A stretch of DNA of 52,056 nt from a virus (Duplodnaviria; Caudoviricetes). A program made the translations under genes and the position numbers. The first letter of the stretch is position 1. The number at the start of each line of letters is the position of its first letter. The stretch lies in IMG/VR virus record IMGVR_UViG_3300048592_000456, positions 1 to 52,056 of that record. The stretch is one strand, 5' to 3'. The notes below the pieces were generated by a model. That model saw nothing but the letters and a program-made list of their open reading frames with translations. It was not told where the DNA came from and did not search any database. Positions 28,565 through 37,456 of the stretch are shown here, piece after piece.

Positions 28565-28923
28565 ACCCGGACGGGGAGCCGGAGCCGGATGAGCAGCGCG
28601 TCCATGTCGGCCGGCCGGACCACGCGGGCACCCAGCGCCATGAGCCACTCGCGCTGGCCCGGCTTCCACTGCGCGCCGACCTGCCGCTTGCACTCCACGA
28701 TGATGACCTCGCCGGCACGTGCGAGCACGAGGTCCGGGAAGCCGGGGTCGCCGGCCGTGGCCGTGATGTGCTGGAAGGTGCCGTCCCGCCGCGAAAGCCT
28801 GACGGGCGGGTCATGGTGGACGCGCCATCCGTGCATCTGCGCCGTCTGGATGATGGTCCGCTGCATCTGGGCCTCGGACATCGACCGGAGCAGCACGTCC
28901 CGGGCGTCACGCTGCGGCCGCAC
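28537..28923 (-). CDS. VRR-NUC domain nuclease
   Basis: MSEAQMQRTII..A..HGW...PGFPDLVLAR....IIVECK......PGQREWL. Confidence 0.85.
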   Translation of the reverse strand: MRPQRDARDVLLRSMSEAQMQRTIIQTAQMHGWRVHHDPPVRLSRRDGTFQHITATAGDPGFPDLVLARAGEVIIVECKRQVGAQWKPGQREWLMALGARVVRPADMDALLIRLRLPVRVVPVPTRNT

Positions 28924-29209
28924 GGCGCCCGGCCTCCGTCGCTGTCCAGTAGGTCGGGGCGGACCCGCGCCGGGACGCGTAGCCCATCCGCCAGAGCCGG
29001 CCGAGGGTCACGCCGGCGCGCATCTTCAAGCCGACCGCCATGGCGCCTCCGGCCGGGGTCGCGTGGCGGTGCGACCGGCGGTCCCAGCCGTTCGAGTCGG
29101 ACCACAGGATGCGGGCGAACCATCCGGCCGTGATGGGCCGGTCCTGCGCCACGAGCACGGCGAGCGCCCGGAGGTCCGCCGGGGTCGGGGTCAGCGGGTC
29201 ACGAGCCAT
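28907..29209 (-). CDS. Hypothetical protein, possibly winged-helix
   Basis: LTPTPADLRALAVL...ITAGWFARILW...TLGRLWRMGY...YWTATEAG. Confidence 0.5.
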   Translation of the reverse strand: MARDPLTPTPADLRALAVLVAQDRPITAGWFARILWSDSNGWDRRSHRHATPAGGAMAVGLKMRAGVTLGRLWRMGYASRRGSAPTYWTATEAGRRAAAA

Positions 29210-29879
29210 CGGTGTCATCCGGCGGGTTGGGGCAGTCGCCCGGGTGGTCATCGCGGAGGTCGCACCACGGCGCGTGCTCGGTTCCCGGGCCATCCGTGAC
29301 CACCGTCGCCGGCGCGTCCTCCAGCATCGTCCGGGATGCCGCCGCGGCCGCGTCCACGAGCCGCCGCTGCTCCGATGGGGTCAGGGTGGCGAACACCTGC
29401 CAGCGCGGGTTCTCGTAGCGGTTGGTCCGGCCGGTCTGGCGGCGGTACGTCGCGCCGCTCCGGGTCCAGACCATCCACTCGTCCACGATGAGGCGGCCGG
29501 CCCAGACCGCCCAATCGAGCACCCGTTGAAGCTCGGTCGCCGGGTACTCGCACCATCCGCACTTCGTCGGGTGCTCGGCGGTCACGGCCACGCTCACGCC
29601 GGCGACGGGTCGGGTCCGCCATCGGGCCATGGCGCAGCGGCCGATGGCCGCGATGACGGCCGGGTCATCGTCCGCGAGTCCGGGCCGGCCGTCGCCCTGC
29701 CGCCACCGGCGGGCACGGTCCTCGCCGTGGCGGTAGATGGGCTCGGCGTACGTGGTCGCCAGTTCGCCGTTGCCGAGGATGCCGATGACCATGGACAGGT
29801 CCAGCGTGTCGAGGTACGCGGTCACCCGGCGGTCGGCCAGCGAGCCGGACTTGGCGAGCGCGTCGAGGTCGGCGCTCAT
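29199..29879 (-). CDS. Hypothetical protein
   Basis: 226 aa; ATGA overlap with the replication gene. Confidence 0.65.
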   Translation of the reverse strand: MSADLDALAKSGSLADRRVTAYLDTLDLSMVIGILGNGELATTYAEPIYRHGEDRARRWRQGDGRPGLADDDPAVIAAIGRCAMARWRTRPVAGVSVAVTAEHPTKCGWCEYPATELQRVLDWAVWAGRLIVDEWMVWTRSGATYRRQTGRTNRYENPRWQVFATLTPSEQRRLVDAAAAASRTMLEDAPATVVTDGPGTEHAPWCDLRDDHPGDCPNPPDDTDGS

Positions 29880-30709
29880 GCGTCGGTCCTACCGCGCCGG
29901 CAGTCGGGGCACCGCTTCCCGCCGGCCGTCAGCCCCGTGTTGAGGCACGTCGAGCAGTCGGCCGGTGCCCGGGGCACGAGGGGCACGGCGTCGAGGATGT
30001 TGCCGGCGCCGAGCACGACCTGACCTATCTCGGGGTACATGCCGGCGGCCGTGGCGGCCCGGGTCATCGCGTCCGTGACGGCATCGAGGCCGTGCTTCGC
30101 CAGCATCCGCACCATCCGCTCCCCGAGCCGGGTGGTCGGGTCCGGGAGAACGAACGCCCGGCCGGTCAGCGTCTCGGCCAGCGTGGCGACCCGGTGCCAC
30201 GTGTCGGCGTCCGGTGGGGGGACCGAGGGGGGCGTTGCAGCGTTCGGCGTTGACGACGACGACGATGACGACGACGACGCGCGCGTGAGGGGTTCGTGAA
30301 CCGTTCTTGAACCGTTCGCGAACGGTTCGGCGCGCCGGCGTCGCATCCGGGCGGCCGCGTCCGACTCGCCGGGGTAGAACCCACGCTCCACGACGCGGTA
30401 CGTCGGACCCTCCCGGGAGAGCAGCCCGGCCCGTTCGAGGTCATCCACCCGGTCCATGACGCGACCCGGGACGCACGCGGCGAGGTGGGCGTGCGATGCC
30501 CACTCACCCGGCGGGGATGTCTCGCTGCCGGCGGCGGCGATGGTGACGTAGGCGCGGAACGCGTCATCGGTCAGGGCGGCGACGGCGGGGCTACGGAGCA
30601 TGTCGGCGTCGAGCCGGACCCAAGGCATGTCGGGTTCTCCATCAGGGTCGGGTTGTCCCGGCGGTTCGCCGGGGTCGGGGATGGTACGCCGGTCGGATGG
30701 GCCTGTCAC
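29876..30709 (-). CDS. Putative replication initiator / replisome organizer
   Basis: MPWVRLDADMLRSPAVAALTDDAFRAYV wHTH-like N-terminus, AARMRRRR, low-complexity linker with internal repeats and poly-Ser, C-terminal CxxC..CxxC; GTGA overlap at 30709. Confidence 0.7.
   Translation of the reverse strand: MTGPSDRRTIPDPGEPPGQPDPDGEPDMPWVRLDADMLRSPAVAALTDDAFRAYVTIAAAGSETSPPGEWASHAHLAACVPGRVMDRVDDLERAGLLSREGPTYRVVERGFYPGESDAAARMRRRRAEPFANGSRTVHEPLTRASSSSSSSSSTPNAATPPSVPPPDADTWHRVATLAETLTGRAFVLPDPTTRLGERMVRMLAKHGLDAVTDAMTRAATAAGMYPEIGQVVLGAGNILDAVPLVPRAPADCSTCLNTGLTAGGKRCPDCRRGRTDA
30292..30329. repeat. 11-bp periodic palindromic iteron-like repeats (GTTCnnGAAC x3 plus GTTCG), candidate replication origin
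   Basis: GTTCGTGAAC C GTTCTTGAAC C GTTCGCGAAC G GTTCG inside the initiator gene, next to a (GAC)n tract at 30252-30278. Confidence 0.65.
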
Positions 30710-31116
30710 GGCGTCCCCGCGGGTCGATGTGGACAACGTGTGGACAACCGGTAGAGGCTGTCGATGTAGGCGCGGAGGATGGGCCGGATGGCCCGTGCGT
30801 GCTCGGTCTTGTGCCGGTGGTGCGCCCGGCAGAGCGCGACGAGGTTGCAGCGGCAGGATGGTCCGCGCCGGCCCATCCCCTCGCTGTCCACGTGGTCCAG
30901 TTCGGTCGGCCCGCCGCACGGTCCCGGGATGGGGAGGAACCGGCCGACGCACGGACCATCCTGACCGCGAACAGCGGCCGCCACGGGCTCAGACACCGGG
31001 TCCCGGTGCCCACGACCGCCGCGGGTCGGGCTGGGCGCCCTGCGCGGCCTGCACCGCCAGCAGAGGCCATCCGCGTGCGTGGTCCCGCGGCCGCACCGCG
31101 AGCATGACCGGCTCAC
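30706..31116 (-). CDS. HNH-like endonuclease
   Basis: C......PCGGPTELDHV...NLVALCRAHHRHKT. Confidence 0.75.
   Translation of the reverse strand: MSRSCSRCGRGTTHADGLCWRCRPRRAPSPTRGGRGHRDPVSEPVAAAVRGQDGPCVGRFLPIPGPCGGPTELDHVDSEGMGRRGPSCRCNLVALCRAHHRHKTEHARAIRPILRAYIDSLYRLSTRCPHRPAGTP
30728..30747 (-). promoter_or_regulatory. Two tandem TTGTCCACA boxes (DnaA-box-like, or operator half-sites)
   Basis: TGTGGACAA at 30728-30736 and 30739-30747, just upstream of the initiator start. Confidence 0.5.
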
Positions 31117-31442
31117 GCGTCCGGGTCATCCGGGAGCACGAGGTCCCGGCCATCGACCCGCTCCAGCGGGGCAGTCTCGAGCGCCGGCATGGCACGAGCC
31201 TTCCGGTGCTCCGCGAGCATGAAGCCGGCGTCCGCGGCCGCCATCATCGACGCGATGGCGACCGTGAGCAGGTTCGGCGCCATCCGCCACGCGACCACGA
31301 GCGCATCGTCCGTGGACAGCCCAAGCATGTCCACGAGGTCCGCGGCCGCTGCCGCCGCGATGGCGTTGTGCGCGTCACGGATGGCCGAGCCGGCGATGAC
31401 GGCCGCGTCCTCAGCGGTCAGCCCGTCGAGTCGTGTCCCCAC
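31113..31442 (-). CDS. Hypothetical protein
   Basis: GGAGG RBS before GTG 31442; ATGA overlap downstream. Confidence 0.6.
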   Translation of the reverse strand: MGTRLDGLTAEDAAVIAGSAIRDAHNAIAAAAAADLVDMLGLSTDDALVVAWRMAPNLLTVAIASMMAAADAGFMLAEHRKARAMPALETAPLERVDGRDLVLPDDPDA

Positions 31443-31580
31443 GTGGTCGGTCCTCCCATCGGTTCCACTTGCCGGTCCCGCCGCATCGGTAGCAGACGGG
31501 GTTGCCGACCGGGTGGCCGGCCGGTCCGCCCTTCCAGACGGAGCCGGCACCGCCACACGTCGGGCACTGCCCGTGTGCCA

Positions 31581-32486
31581 CTACTCGGGCAGGAGGTCGG
31601 GGTCATCCGGGAGCGCGTCCCGGAAGGCGTCCGGCACGTCCGGCCGCTCGGTGGGGTCCTCGGGCGCCGGGTCGTTCGCCGGCGACGGCTTCGGCGTCCG
31701 CGCCTTGCGGCCCCGGCCCTTGATGGCCGCGCCGTGGGCGTCCACGTGGTCGCCCTTGTGCTCGGCGTAGAGCGTGCACCCGGCGTAGGGGCACGCGTCC
31801 GGCTCACCGGCCACGTCGGGCGGGGTCCCCTCGGGCAACCCGCCGTCCGTCTCACCCTCGGGGAGGTCCGAGTGGTACGAGTCGCGCGGCGCCGGCACGT
31901 GGTCCGGCCGGGTCGGCTCATCGTCGGTCCCGGATGAGACGTGGTAGCCGACCGCCCACTGGACGGCGGCCTCGCGCTGGGGCTCCGTCCACCCGTCCAC
32001 CGTCTCGGCCGTGACCTCGACGCCGACGCGCCCGAGCACGTCCCGGATGCGCTCGATGCCGAGGGACCCCACGTCCGGGCCGGTCAGCCCCGTGATGTCC
32101 CACGCCTCCGTCTGGCCGGCGGCCTCGGGGGACGTGAGGGGGAGCACGGTCTGTCCGCACACGTGCACGACGGGACTGCTGATGAGCAGCATCCCGGCGA
32201 TGCCGCCCTTGGCCCGGGACTTCGTGTAGGACTCGATGGTGCCCGTGATGGGGATGGTCATGCCGCACCCGTGCACGTGGCACGTCGCCCGCAGATGCAC
32301 CGTGGCCGGCTCGGTCAGTTCGGCCTCCGACTCATCGGGCGGCGGGACCGGGACGGCCGCGAGCACCCGGGAGGCGCTGTCCGCCGAGAGCATGAGCACG
32401 CCGTCGAGCGGCCCTCCCTCGATGGGCACCATGGCGGCCGCGAGCGCCTCGTGAACGTCGCGGCGGTACTGGTCGAAGCGGGTCAT
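31581..32486 (-). CDS. Hypothetical protein
   Basis: GGAGG RBS, ATGA overlap; Cys/His motifs and acidic Pro-rich C-terminus. Confidence 0.65.
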   Translation of the reverse strand: MTRFDQYRRDVHEALAAAMVPIEGGPLDGVLMLSADSASRVLAAVPVPPPDESEAELTEPATVHLRATCHVHGCGMTIPITGTIESYTKSRAKGGIAGMLLISSPVVHVCGQTVLPLTSPEAAGQTEAWDITGLTGPDVGSLGIERIRDVLGRVGVEVTAETVDGWTEPQREAAVQWAVGYHVSSGTDDEPTRPDHVPAPRDSYHSDLPEGETDGGLPEGTPPDVAGEPDACPYAGCTLYAEHKGDHVDAHGAAIKGRGRKARTPKPSPANDPAPEDPTERPDVPDAFRDALPDDPDLLPE

Positions 32487-32668
32487 CGGTTCCTCCGGTG
32501 GTCGGCTGCGTTGGGGCACGTCGCGAAGTGGCTCACGCCGTCCTTGTTCATCGGCACCCGATTGTCCTTGGGCGAGTAGCACCACACGATGTCGGCGCCG
32601 CACGATGAGCACGTGCCCATGTTCGAGTAGGTGTAGCCCTTCGCGATGATGACGCCGAAGGGCGGCAT
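32483..32668 (-). CDS. Small zinc-finger protein (61 aa)
   Basis: GTCSSCGADIVW....DNRVPMN....SHFATCP, a common phage motif. Confidence 0.75.
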   Translation of the reverse strand: MPPFGVIIAKGYTYSNMGTCSSCGADIVWCYSPKDNRVPMNKDGVSHFATCPNAADHRRNR

Positions 32669-32669
32669 G

Positions 32670-32969
32670 TCAGCCCTCGGCATCGTCGGCCTTGGGCTTC
32701 CGGGTCCGGGGCGCGCGCGGCTTGCCCGCCGTGTCATCGCCCACGCGGTCCTGCACGATGGCGACGAGGCTATCGGCCGAGACGCGGATGGTCCGCGCCG
32801 GCGTCCGGTGCTTGTCGCCACGGCGCTCGTGGATGAGGTAGAACCCCTGCCCGGTGCGGGCGTCCAACTCGGCCTTGGCATCGACCTCGATGTCCGAGCC
32901 GGACGTTCGGGCGACGAGGATGAGCGTCTGCCCATCCTTCGTCGTGATGGTGGCGCGGTCGCCCTTCAT
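32670..32969 (-). CDS. Hypothetical protein (99 aa)
   Basis: GGAGG RBS before ATG 32969. Confidence 0.65.
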   Translation of the reverse strand: MKGDRATITTKDGQTLILVARTSGSDIEVDAKAELDARTGQGFYLIHERRGDKHRTPARTIRVSADSLVAIVQDRVGDDTAGKPRAPRTRKPKADDAEG

Positions 32970-33006
32970 GGTCCCTCCGGTGTCGCTTGTGGTGGTCACA
33001 TGTGAT

Positions 33007-33345
33007 TCAGTGGGTCGGGTCGATGGGCGCCTCCCTCCGCATCGCGGCCGCGCCGGCGGCGACCCGGGCGGCGGCCGCGCCACGGCGGAACTCGGCACGC
33101 ACGGACGCCAGATGCTCGGGCGTCGAGCCGTGGTCCATCAGGTACGCCTCGATGACCCGGAGCAGCACCCGGGCGAGCGCCGGGTCCTCGACGGCGAGGA
33201 TGATGACCGCGTGCATGATGGCGCCCGGGCCGGAGTCCTCCTGCCCGAGCGTCGTGTGCACGAAGGACAGGGCCACCGCGATGTTGGGGTCACGGTCCTC
33301 CAGCAGCGCGTCGAGGTTCGGGTGCGGGTGGCGCGTCTCGTCCAC
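33007..33345 (-). CDS. Hypothetical protein
   Basis: GTG 1 nt after the ERF stop; AGGAG RBS. Confidence 0.6.
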   Translation of the reverse strand: MDETRHPHPNLDALLEDRDPNIAVALSFVHTTLGQEDSGPGAIMHAVIILAVEDPALARVLLRVIEAYLMDHGSTPEHLASVRAEFRRGAAAARVAAGAAAMRREAPIDPTH

Positions 33346-33346
33346 G

Positions 33347-34183
33347 TCAGCGCTCCTGCGCCGCGACCCACTCGCGGCTGGGGCGCTCGTTGCACCATCC
33401 GTCCCCGACCCGGGTGGCGCAATACCAGCCCCGGGACCCGGAGCGGAACGCCTTGTGGTGCACCGGGCACTGACCATCGACGGACCCGCCGGCCGGCTGG
33501 GCGTGCTGGGCGGCCGGAGCGCCCGCGTCGCCGGGGAACGGTGGCTCATCCCCGTCCTGCGTCACGACGGGCCGCTGGGACGGCTGGGCGCGGCCGGAGG
33601 GTCGGGCGCCGCCCATGCGCTGCTGCGGCCGGGACTGCTGGCGTGGAGCCTGCCCGCCGGCGGCGTCGGGTAGGGTCGGCGCTTCCTCGTCGGGGTCCTT
33701 CCCGGTGGGGATGCTGTATGCGTTCAGCAGCCCCGCCTTGACGCCTGCGGTGATGGCCTTCGCGAGCGGCTTGTCGCTGTAGTCCACCGCCATGCCGGCG
33801 TACGTGGACTCGAACCGGTCCTCGGGGTTGTCCACGTTGATGAAGATGAGCCGGCCCTGCACCCGGGCGATGAAGGCTCGCTTGCCGGACCCGCCCTCCA
33901 GAACCTCGACGGACCAATCGTCCACCGTGTGCTGCGACATGATGCCCTGCGCCACGTGGGCATCCCGGATGGCGTCCTTGATGTGCTCCACCCGGGCGAA
34001 CGCGTACGACCCCTGCTCGGCCGGGCCGGTGCCCAACTTGGGGATGTAGCCGATGGTGGCGACCACGTTGAGCATCCGGGCGTGGATGTTGGCGTCGGTG
34101 CCGGCGAGCGCCGGGACCGTGTGTTGCACGGGCGCGTCCGGCGCCTCGGTCGGCGCCGGCGCGGCGGCGTTCGGCTGGGTCAT
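33347..34183 (-). CDS. erf: ERF-family single-strand annealing recombinase
   Basis: IHARMLNV...IGYIPK.G....SYAFARVEHI...D.SDKPLAKAITAGVKAGLLNAYSIPTGKDPD. Confidence 0.85.
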   Translation of the reverse strand: MTQPNAAAPAPTEAPDAPVQHTVPALAGTDANIHARMLNVVATIGYIPKLGTGPAEQGSYAFARVEHIKDAIRDAHVAQGIMSQHTVDDWSVEVLEGGSGKRAFIARVQGRLIFINVDNPEDRFESTYAGMAVDYSDKPLAKAITAGVKAGLLNAYSIPTGKDPDEEAPTLPDAAGGQAPRQQSRPQQRMGGARPSGRAQPSQRPVVTQDGDEPPFPGDAGAPAAQHAQPAGGSVDGQCPVHHKAFRSGSRGWYCATRVGDGWCNERPSREWVAAQER

Positions 34184-34255
34184 GGTCGGGTCCTCCGTGT
34201 GGTGGGTTCGTCGGTCCCGCGATGATGACGCGGGCGGGTGGACATGTCAACCGGC
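34184..34255 (-). promoter_or_regulatory. Promoter/operator element lacking the hairpin, upstream of erf
   Basis: GTTGACATGTCCAC 34238-34251 (its TGA is the nuclease stop codon); TTGACA-N17-CATCAT; GGAGG. Confidence 0.8.
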
Positions 34256-35656
34256 GTCCGGGTCATCCTCCGGCGGCGCGATGTCGAGCACGGCCGGCCC
34301 GATGGGGCAGCCCGGGTGGATGACCTGCCCGTACCGGTCCGCGATGGGCTCGCGGTAGTGGCACTTCCCGCACGCCTTCGGGTTGAAGGCCAGCGCGGTC
34401 GGGTCGCCGGTGTCGAGCGCCACTCCCCAGCGGTCGAAGTAGGACCGCGCCACGGCGAGGATGGACGGGTGGACGGGCGCCGTGATGAGCGCCCAATACG
34501 GCTTCTGGGTCCGGCGGTATTCGAGGTAGCCGTGCCACGTCGGGAGGGTCCCGCCGTTCGCGACCGTGAGCATCCAGTCGTACGCGGCCGCCTCGCCGGC
34601 GACCCACTTCGCCGGGTAGGAGCCGGCCTTGCTGAGCGCCTTGACATCCACCCACGCGTCCAGCGACCCCTCGCCGTTCACGAACACGTAGTCGGGCTGT
34701 CCCGTGATGCCACGGCCGCCGACCACGCCGGGCGCGTGGAGTTTCATCTGCGCCCGCGTGGTGGTCCCGGGCACGTCGAGCCACGCGATGGGCGGTCCGT
34801 CCGGTGTGCCCTCGGGCTCGGGCTCCGTGAGCCACTCCACGACCTCGCCCTTGGACATCCGGGGCTTGACGCGGTTGGGCCAGAGGCCGAGCAGTTTCTC
34901 GCACGCCAGCCCTAGCTGGGCCGTGAGCACCTTCCAGTCCTCATCGGTCCATGGCCGCGAGAGCATCCGGCCGCGCGCGACGGACACGCCACGGCGGACC
35001 GCCTCGCCCACGTCCTCCCACAGCCCTTCCTCCGTGACCGCCTCGCCCATGCCCTCCGCGGACACGTCGATGCCCACGGTGCTCATGTCGTGCGGCCCGA
35101 ACTCCAGCCGGCGCGCCATCAGGAAGCCGTGGGATGCGTCGAGCGCCATGCCGAAGACGATGGGCTCGTCGGCGCCGGTGCGGAGCCGGTAGCCGCGCTC
35201 GTCGCGCACGACCTCCCGGTAGAACGTCTCGCGCTCGCACCCGTACCCGCCGGTCGCGCCGATGACCGACTTCCAGATGGCCTCCTTCGGCCCGTGCGTG
35301 CTGGTAGCATCCGGAGCGACCGCGCGCTTGGGTTCGTCGGGTTCTCCGGGCGCGCGGTCATCCGTCACCACGGTCACGGTCGCGCCGACGCCGGCGACGG
35401 CCTCCACGTGGAGCACCGCGTCATCCGGGACCACCGGCAGCGCCTCGGGCGTCTCCGTGGCAGCGCGCGCCACGCGGTCCGTGTGCCGTGGGTCGCCGGG
35501 CATGACGATGCACCCGGGCTCCGCGGGCGGGATGTCCCCGAACACGGGCACGGGCGCCAGCCCGGGATGGGTCCCACCACCGGTCCGCTCGCACCGCCGG
35601 GCGGCGGCCGTGGTCCGGTGCGCGATGGTGCAGACGGTCGGGTTCGTGCCGGTCAT
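34247..35656 (-). CDS. PD-(D/E)XK exonuclease, RecB/AddB/Cas4-like
   Basis: GCERETFY...GMALD; ITGQPDYVF...WVDVKA; C-terminal CGKCHY...CP (possible Fe-S ligands); adjacent to erf. Confidence 0.75.
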   Translation of the reverse strand: MTGTNPTVCTIAHRTTAAARRCERTGGGTHPGLAPVPVFGDIPPAEPGCIVMPGDPRHTDRVARAATETPEALPVVPDDAVLHVEAVAGVGATVTVVTDDRAPGEPDEPKRAVAPDATSTHGPKEAIWKSVIGATGGYGCERETFYREVVRDERGYRLRTGADEPIVFGMALDASHGFLMARRLEFGPHDMSTVGIDVSAEGMGEAVTEEGLWEDVGEAVRRGVSVARGRMLSRPWTDEDWKVLTAQLGLACEKLLGLWPNRVKPRMSKGEVVEWLTEPEPEGTPDGPPIAWLDVPGTTTRAQMKLHAPGVVGGRGITGQPDYVFVNGEGSLDAWVDVKALSKAGSYPAKWVAGEAAAYDWMLTVANGGTLPTWHGYLEYRRTQKPYWALITAPVHPSILAVARSYFDRWGVALDTGDPTALAFNPKACGKCHYREPIADRYGQVIHPGCPIGPAVLDIAPPEDDPDAG

Positions 35657-35979
35657 GGCCGGGTGACGCCCGTGCCGTAGCCGGTCGCGATGAGGTCCAC
35701 GGCGGCGCGGTAGCGGCCGGCGGCCTCGATGGACGCGTCACCGTTCTCCATCTTGCTCACCATCTGCTTGCTGAGGTCCAGCGCGGACCCCACGTCGGAC
35801 ATGCCGACGCCGGCGGCCTCGCGGTAGAGCCGGAGCACCACGCCCGGGACCCGGGTCATGGTGGGCGGGAGCATCCGGCGCGCGAACCGGTTCGCGAGGT
35901 TCAGGTTCCGGGTCACGGCGACCGCCACGCGCGCGGCGCTGGCAGCCTCCCGTTCCTCGACGGCGGACGGGGTGGTCAC
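35653..35979 (-). CDS. XRE/Cro-like HTH transcriptional regulator
   Basis: LRLYREAAGVGMSDVGSALDLSKQMVSKMENG; RBS AGGAGG before GTG 35979. Confidence 0.8.
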   Translation of the reverse strand: MTTPSAVEEREAASAARVAVAVTRNLNLANRFARRMLPPTMTRVPGVVLRLYREAAGVGMSDVGSALDLSKQMVSKMENGDASIEAAGRYRAAVDLIATGYGTGVTRP

Positions 35980-36130
35980 GATTGCCCTCCTGCCGCGCTC
36001 CGCGGCCTCAGACGGCCGGAAGCCCCGGCGGGATGCCGGGGTACCGGTGGGGTGGATTGCGGCCCGCCTTGCGCCCATGGGGCGGGTCTGGGGACCATCC
36101 GCGGTCGGCACCGTCGCGTGCCTGCGACGC

Positions 36131-36155
36131 ACCGCGGGGACGCGGCCCCTGTGGT
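36131..36155 (-). terminator. Hairpin directly after the stop codon
   Basis: ACCACAGGGG-CCGCGT-CCCCGCGGT imperfect stem on the minus strand. Confidence 0.45.
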
Positions 36156-36895
36156 CAGTGGAGCGTCGCCTTCGCGACCGTCTCCAGCGCGGCCTGCGCC
36201 TCGTCCGTGGCCGACGCGATGACCGCCTGCGGGGCGGGCATCCGGTCGATGCGGTCGATGAGCGCCTTGGCCTCGCGGACCTTGGCGAGGTCGGTCGGGT
36301 CCGGGAGCCGGCCGGCGCCACGCCGGGACTCCGTGACCGTGACCGCCGACGCGGCGGCCTCGATGCCCGGGGTCGATGCCGGGACCGCGAGGCGCCACCG
36401 GCGCGCGTACTTGGCGCGCTTGGCCTTGTCGGTGGACGGCGCCTTGGACGGACCCTCGGGCGCGGACCCGTTGGGGCGGACCCAGCGGCCCGTCGTGTTG
36501 AGCGCCGTCATCAGCGCCACGTCGCCGGAGGCGATGATGGCGTCCACGGCCGCGACCGTCAGGAGGACCACGGGCTCGCCGGCGACCGGCGCGGCCGGCT
36601 CCACCGGGGCGGGCTTGGCGGCCTTGGCCGGCTTGGCGGCCGGCTTCGCCTTGGGCTCGGGCTTCGGGGCGGCGGCGCGCTTGGCCTTGGCCTCGGCGGC
36701 CCGGGCGGCTGCGCGGGTGGCCGGATTCTTCGCCGGGACCGGCTCGCCCACGGCGTCGGTCGCGATGTCCGCGATGACCTCGCCCACCGTGGGCTCATCC
36801 GCGGCCGCCACGTCCGCGAGGACGGTATCGGCCGTCGCGGTGCCGTTGAGGATGGCCGCGATGCCGGCCTTGACGGTTGCCTTCTTGGTCGCCAT
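36155..36895 (-). CDS. Ala/Lys/Pro-rich (histone-like linker) protein, 246 aa
   Basis: ATG 36895 after the conserved element and RBS; AKAKRAAAPKPEPKAKPAAKPAKAAKPA. Confidence 0.75.
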   Translation of the reverse strand: MATKKATVKAGIAAILNGTATADTVLADVAAADEPTVGEVIADIATDAVGEPVPAKNPATRAAARAAEAKAKRAAAPKPEPKAKPAAKPAKAAKPAPVEPAAPVAGEPVVLLTVAAVDAIIASGDVALMTALNTTGRWVRPNGSAPEGPSKAPSTDKAKRAKYARRWRLAVPASTPGIEAAASAVTVTESRRGAGRLPDPTDLAKVREAKALIDRIDRMPAPQAVIASATDEAQAALETVAKATLH

Positions 36896-37456
36896 GGTGT
36901 CGGTTCTCCCTCCGGCTGTCCTGCCGGGCTGGTCGCCCGCCGTGGTGGTCGGGTCGATGGGTGCATCTTGCGCCGTCGTGGTGGACATGTCAACTTGCTG
37001 GGATGGTACGGTGGTCCCATCTGGCACCGGTACCCTTGCCGACTCGGCGCCGGCGTGGCATCGGCAGTCGCATCCGCGCACGGCGCCCGGGCAGTCCCGG
37101 GGCGGCTGCCCGACACCGCAGAGGAACGAGTGTCCATCCGTCCACGGCGCGTCGGACCATTCCTGCTCCACGTCGAGCAGCCGGCCGACGTGGAACGGGC
37201 ACGCGTACGTGTGGCCGACCGGGAGGCTCGGGATGGTGGCGGCGCATCCGTCCCCGACACAGACCGTCCGGCCCGGCTGGACGCGGACGGAGCGGTAGAC
37301 GGCTTCCTCGTCATCGTCCGGCTCCGCGAGGCGCCAGATGCCCTCGGTCATCTGCCACGCGTGACCGCGGCCGGCCTCCACGAGCGCCGGCGCCGGCGTG
37401 CCCGGGAGCACCCGGCCGGTGGCCGCGTCCACGACCACGAGTTCCGGGCGGCTCAC
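36155..37456 (-). CDS. Upstream Cys-rich gene reading in frame through the promoter element into the 36895 gene
   Basis: GTGA overlap at 37456; no stop before 36155. Confidence 0.5.
   Translation of the reverse strand: MSRPELVVVDAATGRVLPGTPAPALVEAGRGHAWQMTEGIWRLAEPDDDEEAVYRSVRVQPGRTVCVGDGCAATIPSLPVGHTYACPFHVGRLLDVEQEWSDAPWTDGHSFLCGVGQPPRDCPGAVRGCDCRCHAGAESARVPVPDGTTVPSQQVDMSTTTAQDAPIDPTTTAGDQPGRTAGGRTDTMATKKATVKAGIAAILNGTATADTVLADVAAADEPTVGEVIADIATDAVGEPVPAKNPATRAAARAAEAKAKRAAAPKPEPKAKPAAKPAKAAKPAPVEPAAPVAGEPVVLLTVAAVDAIIASGDVALMTALNTTGRWVRPNGSAPEGPSKAPSTDKAKRAKYARRWRLAVPASTPGIEAAASAVTVTESRRGAGRLPDPTDLAKVREAKALIDRIDRMPAPQAVIASATDEAQAALETVAKATLH
36896..37034 (-). promoter_or_regulatory. Composite promoter/operator/hairpin element
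   Basis: GTTGACATGTCCAC 36981-36994; TTGACA-N17-CAAGAT; CCGGC-AGGACA-GCCGG 36912-36927; GGTACC 37029. Confidence 0.85.

Noticed and set aside
30292-30329. GTTC-N7-GTTC as an alphaproteobacterial LexA box
   Set aside because: Mid-gene location and full palindromic periodicity fit iterons better; it does not match the GAAC-N4-GTTC box either
34247-35656. Cas4 as part of a CRISPR system
   Set aside because: No other cas genes or array; adjacency to erf indicates a recombination exonuclease
35980-36130. Intergenic stretch as a possible ncRNA or tRNA
   Set aside because: Contains GGTACC and short stems but no cloverleaf or recognisable RNA motif; probably a promoter region
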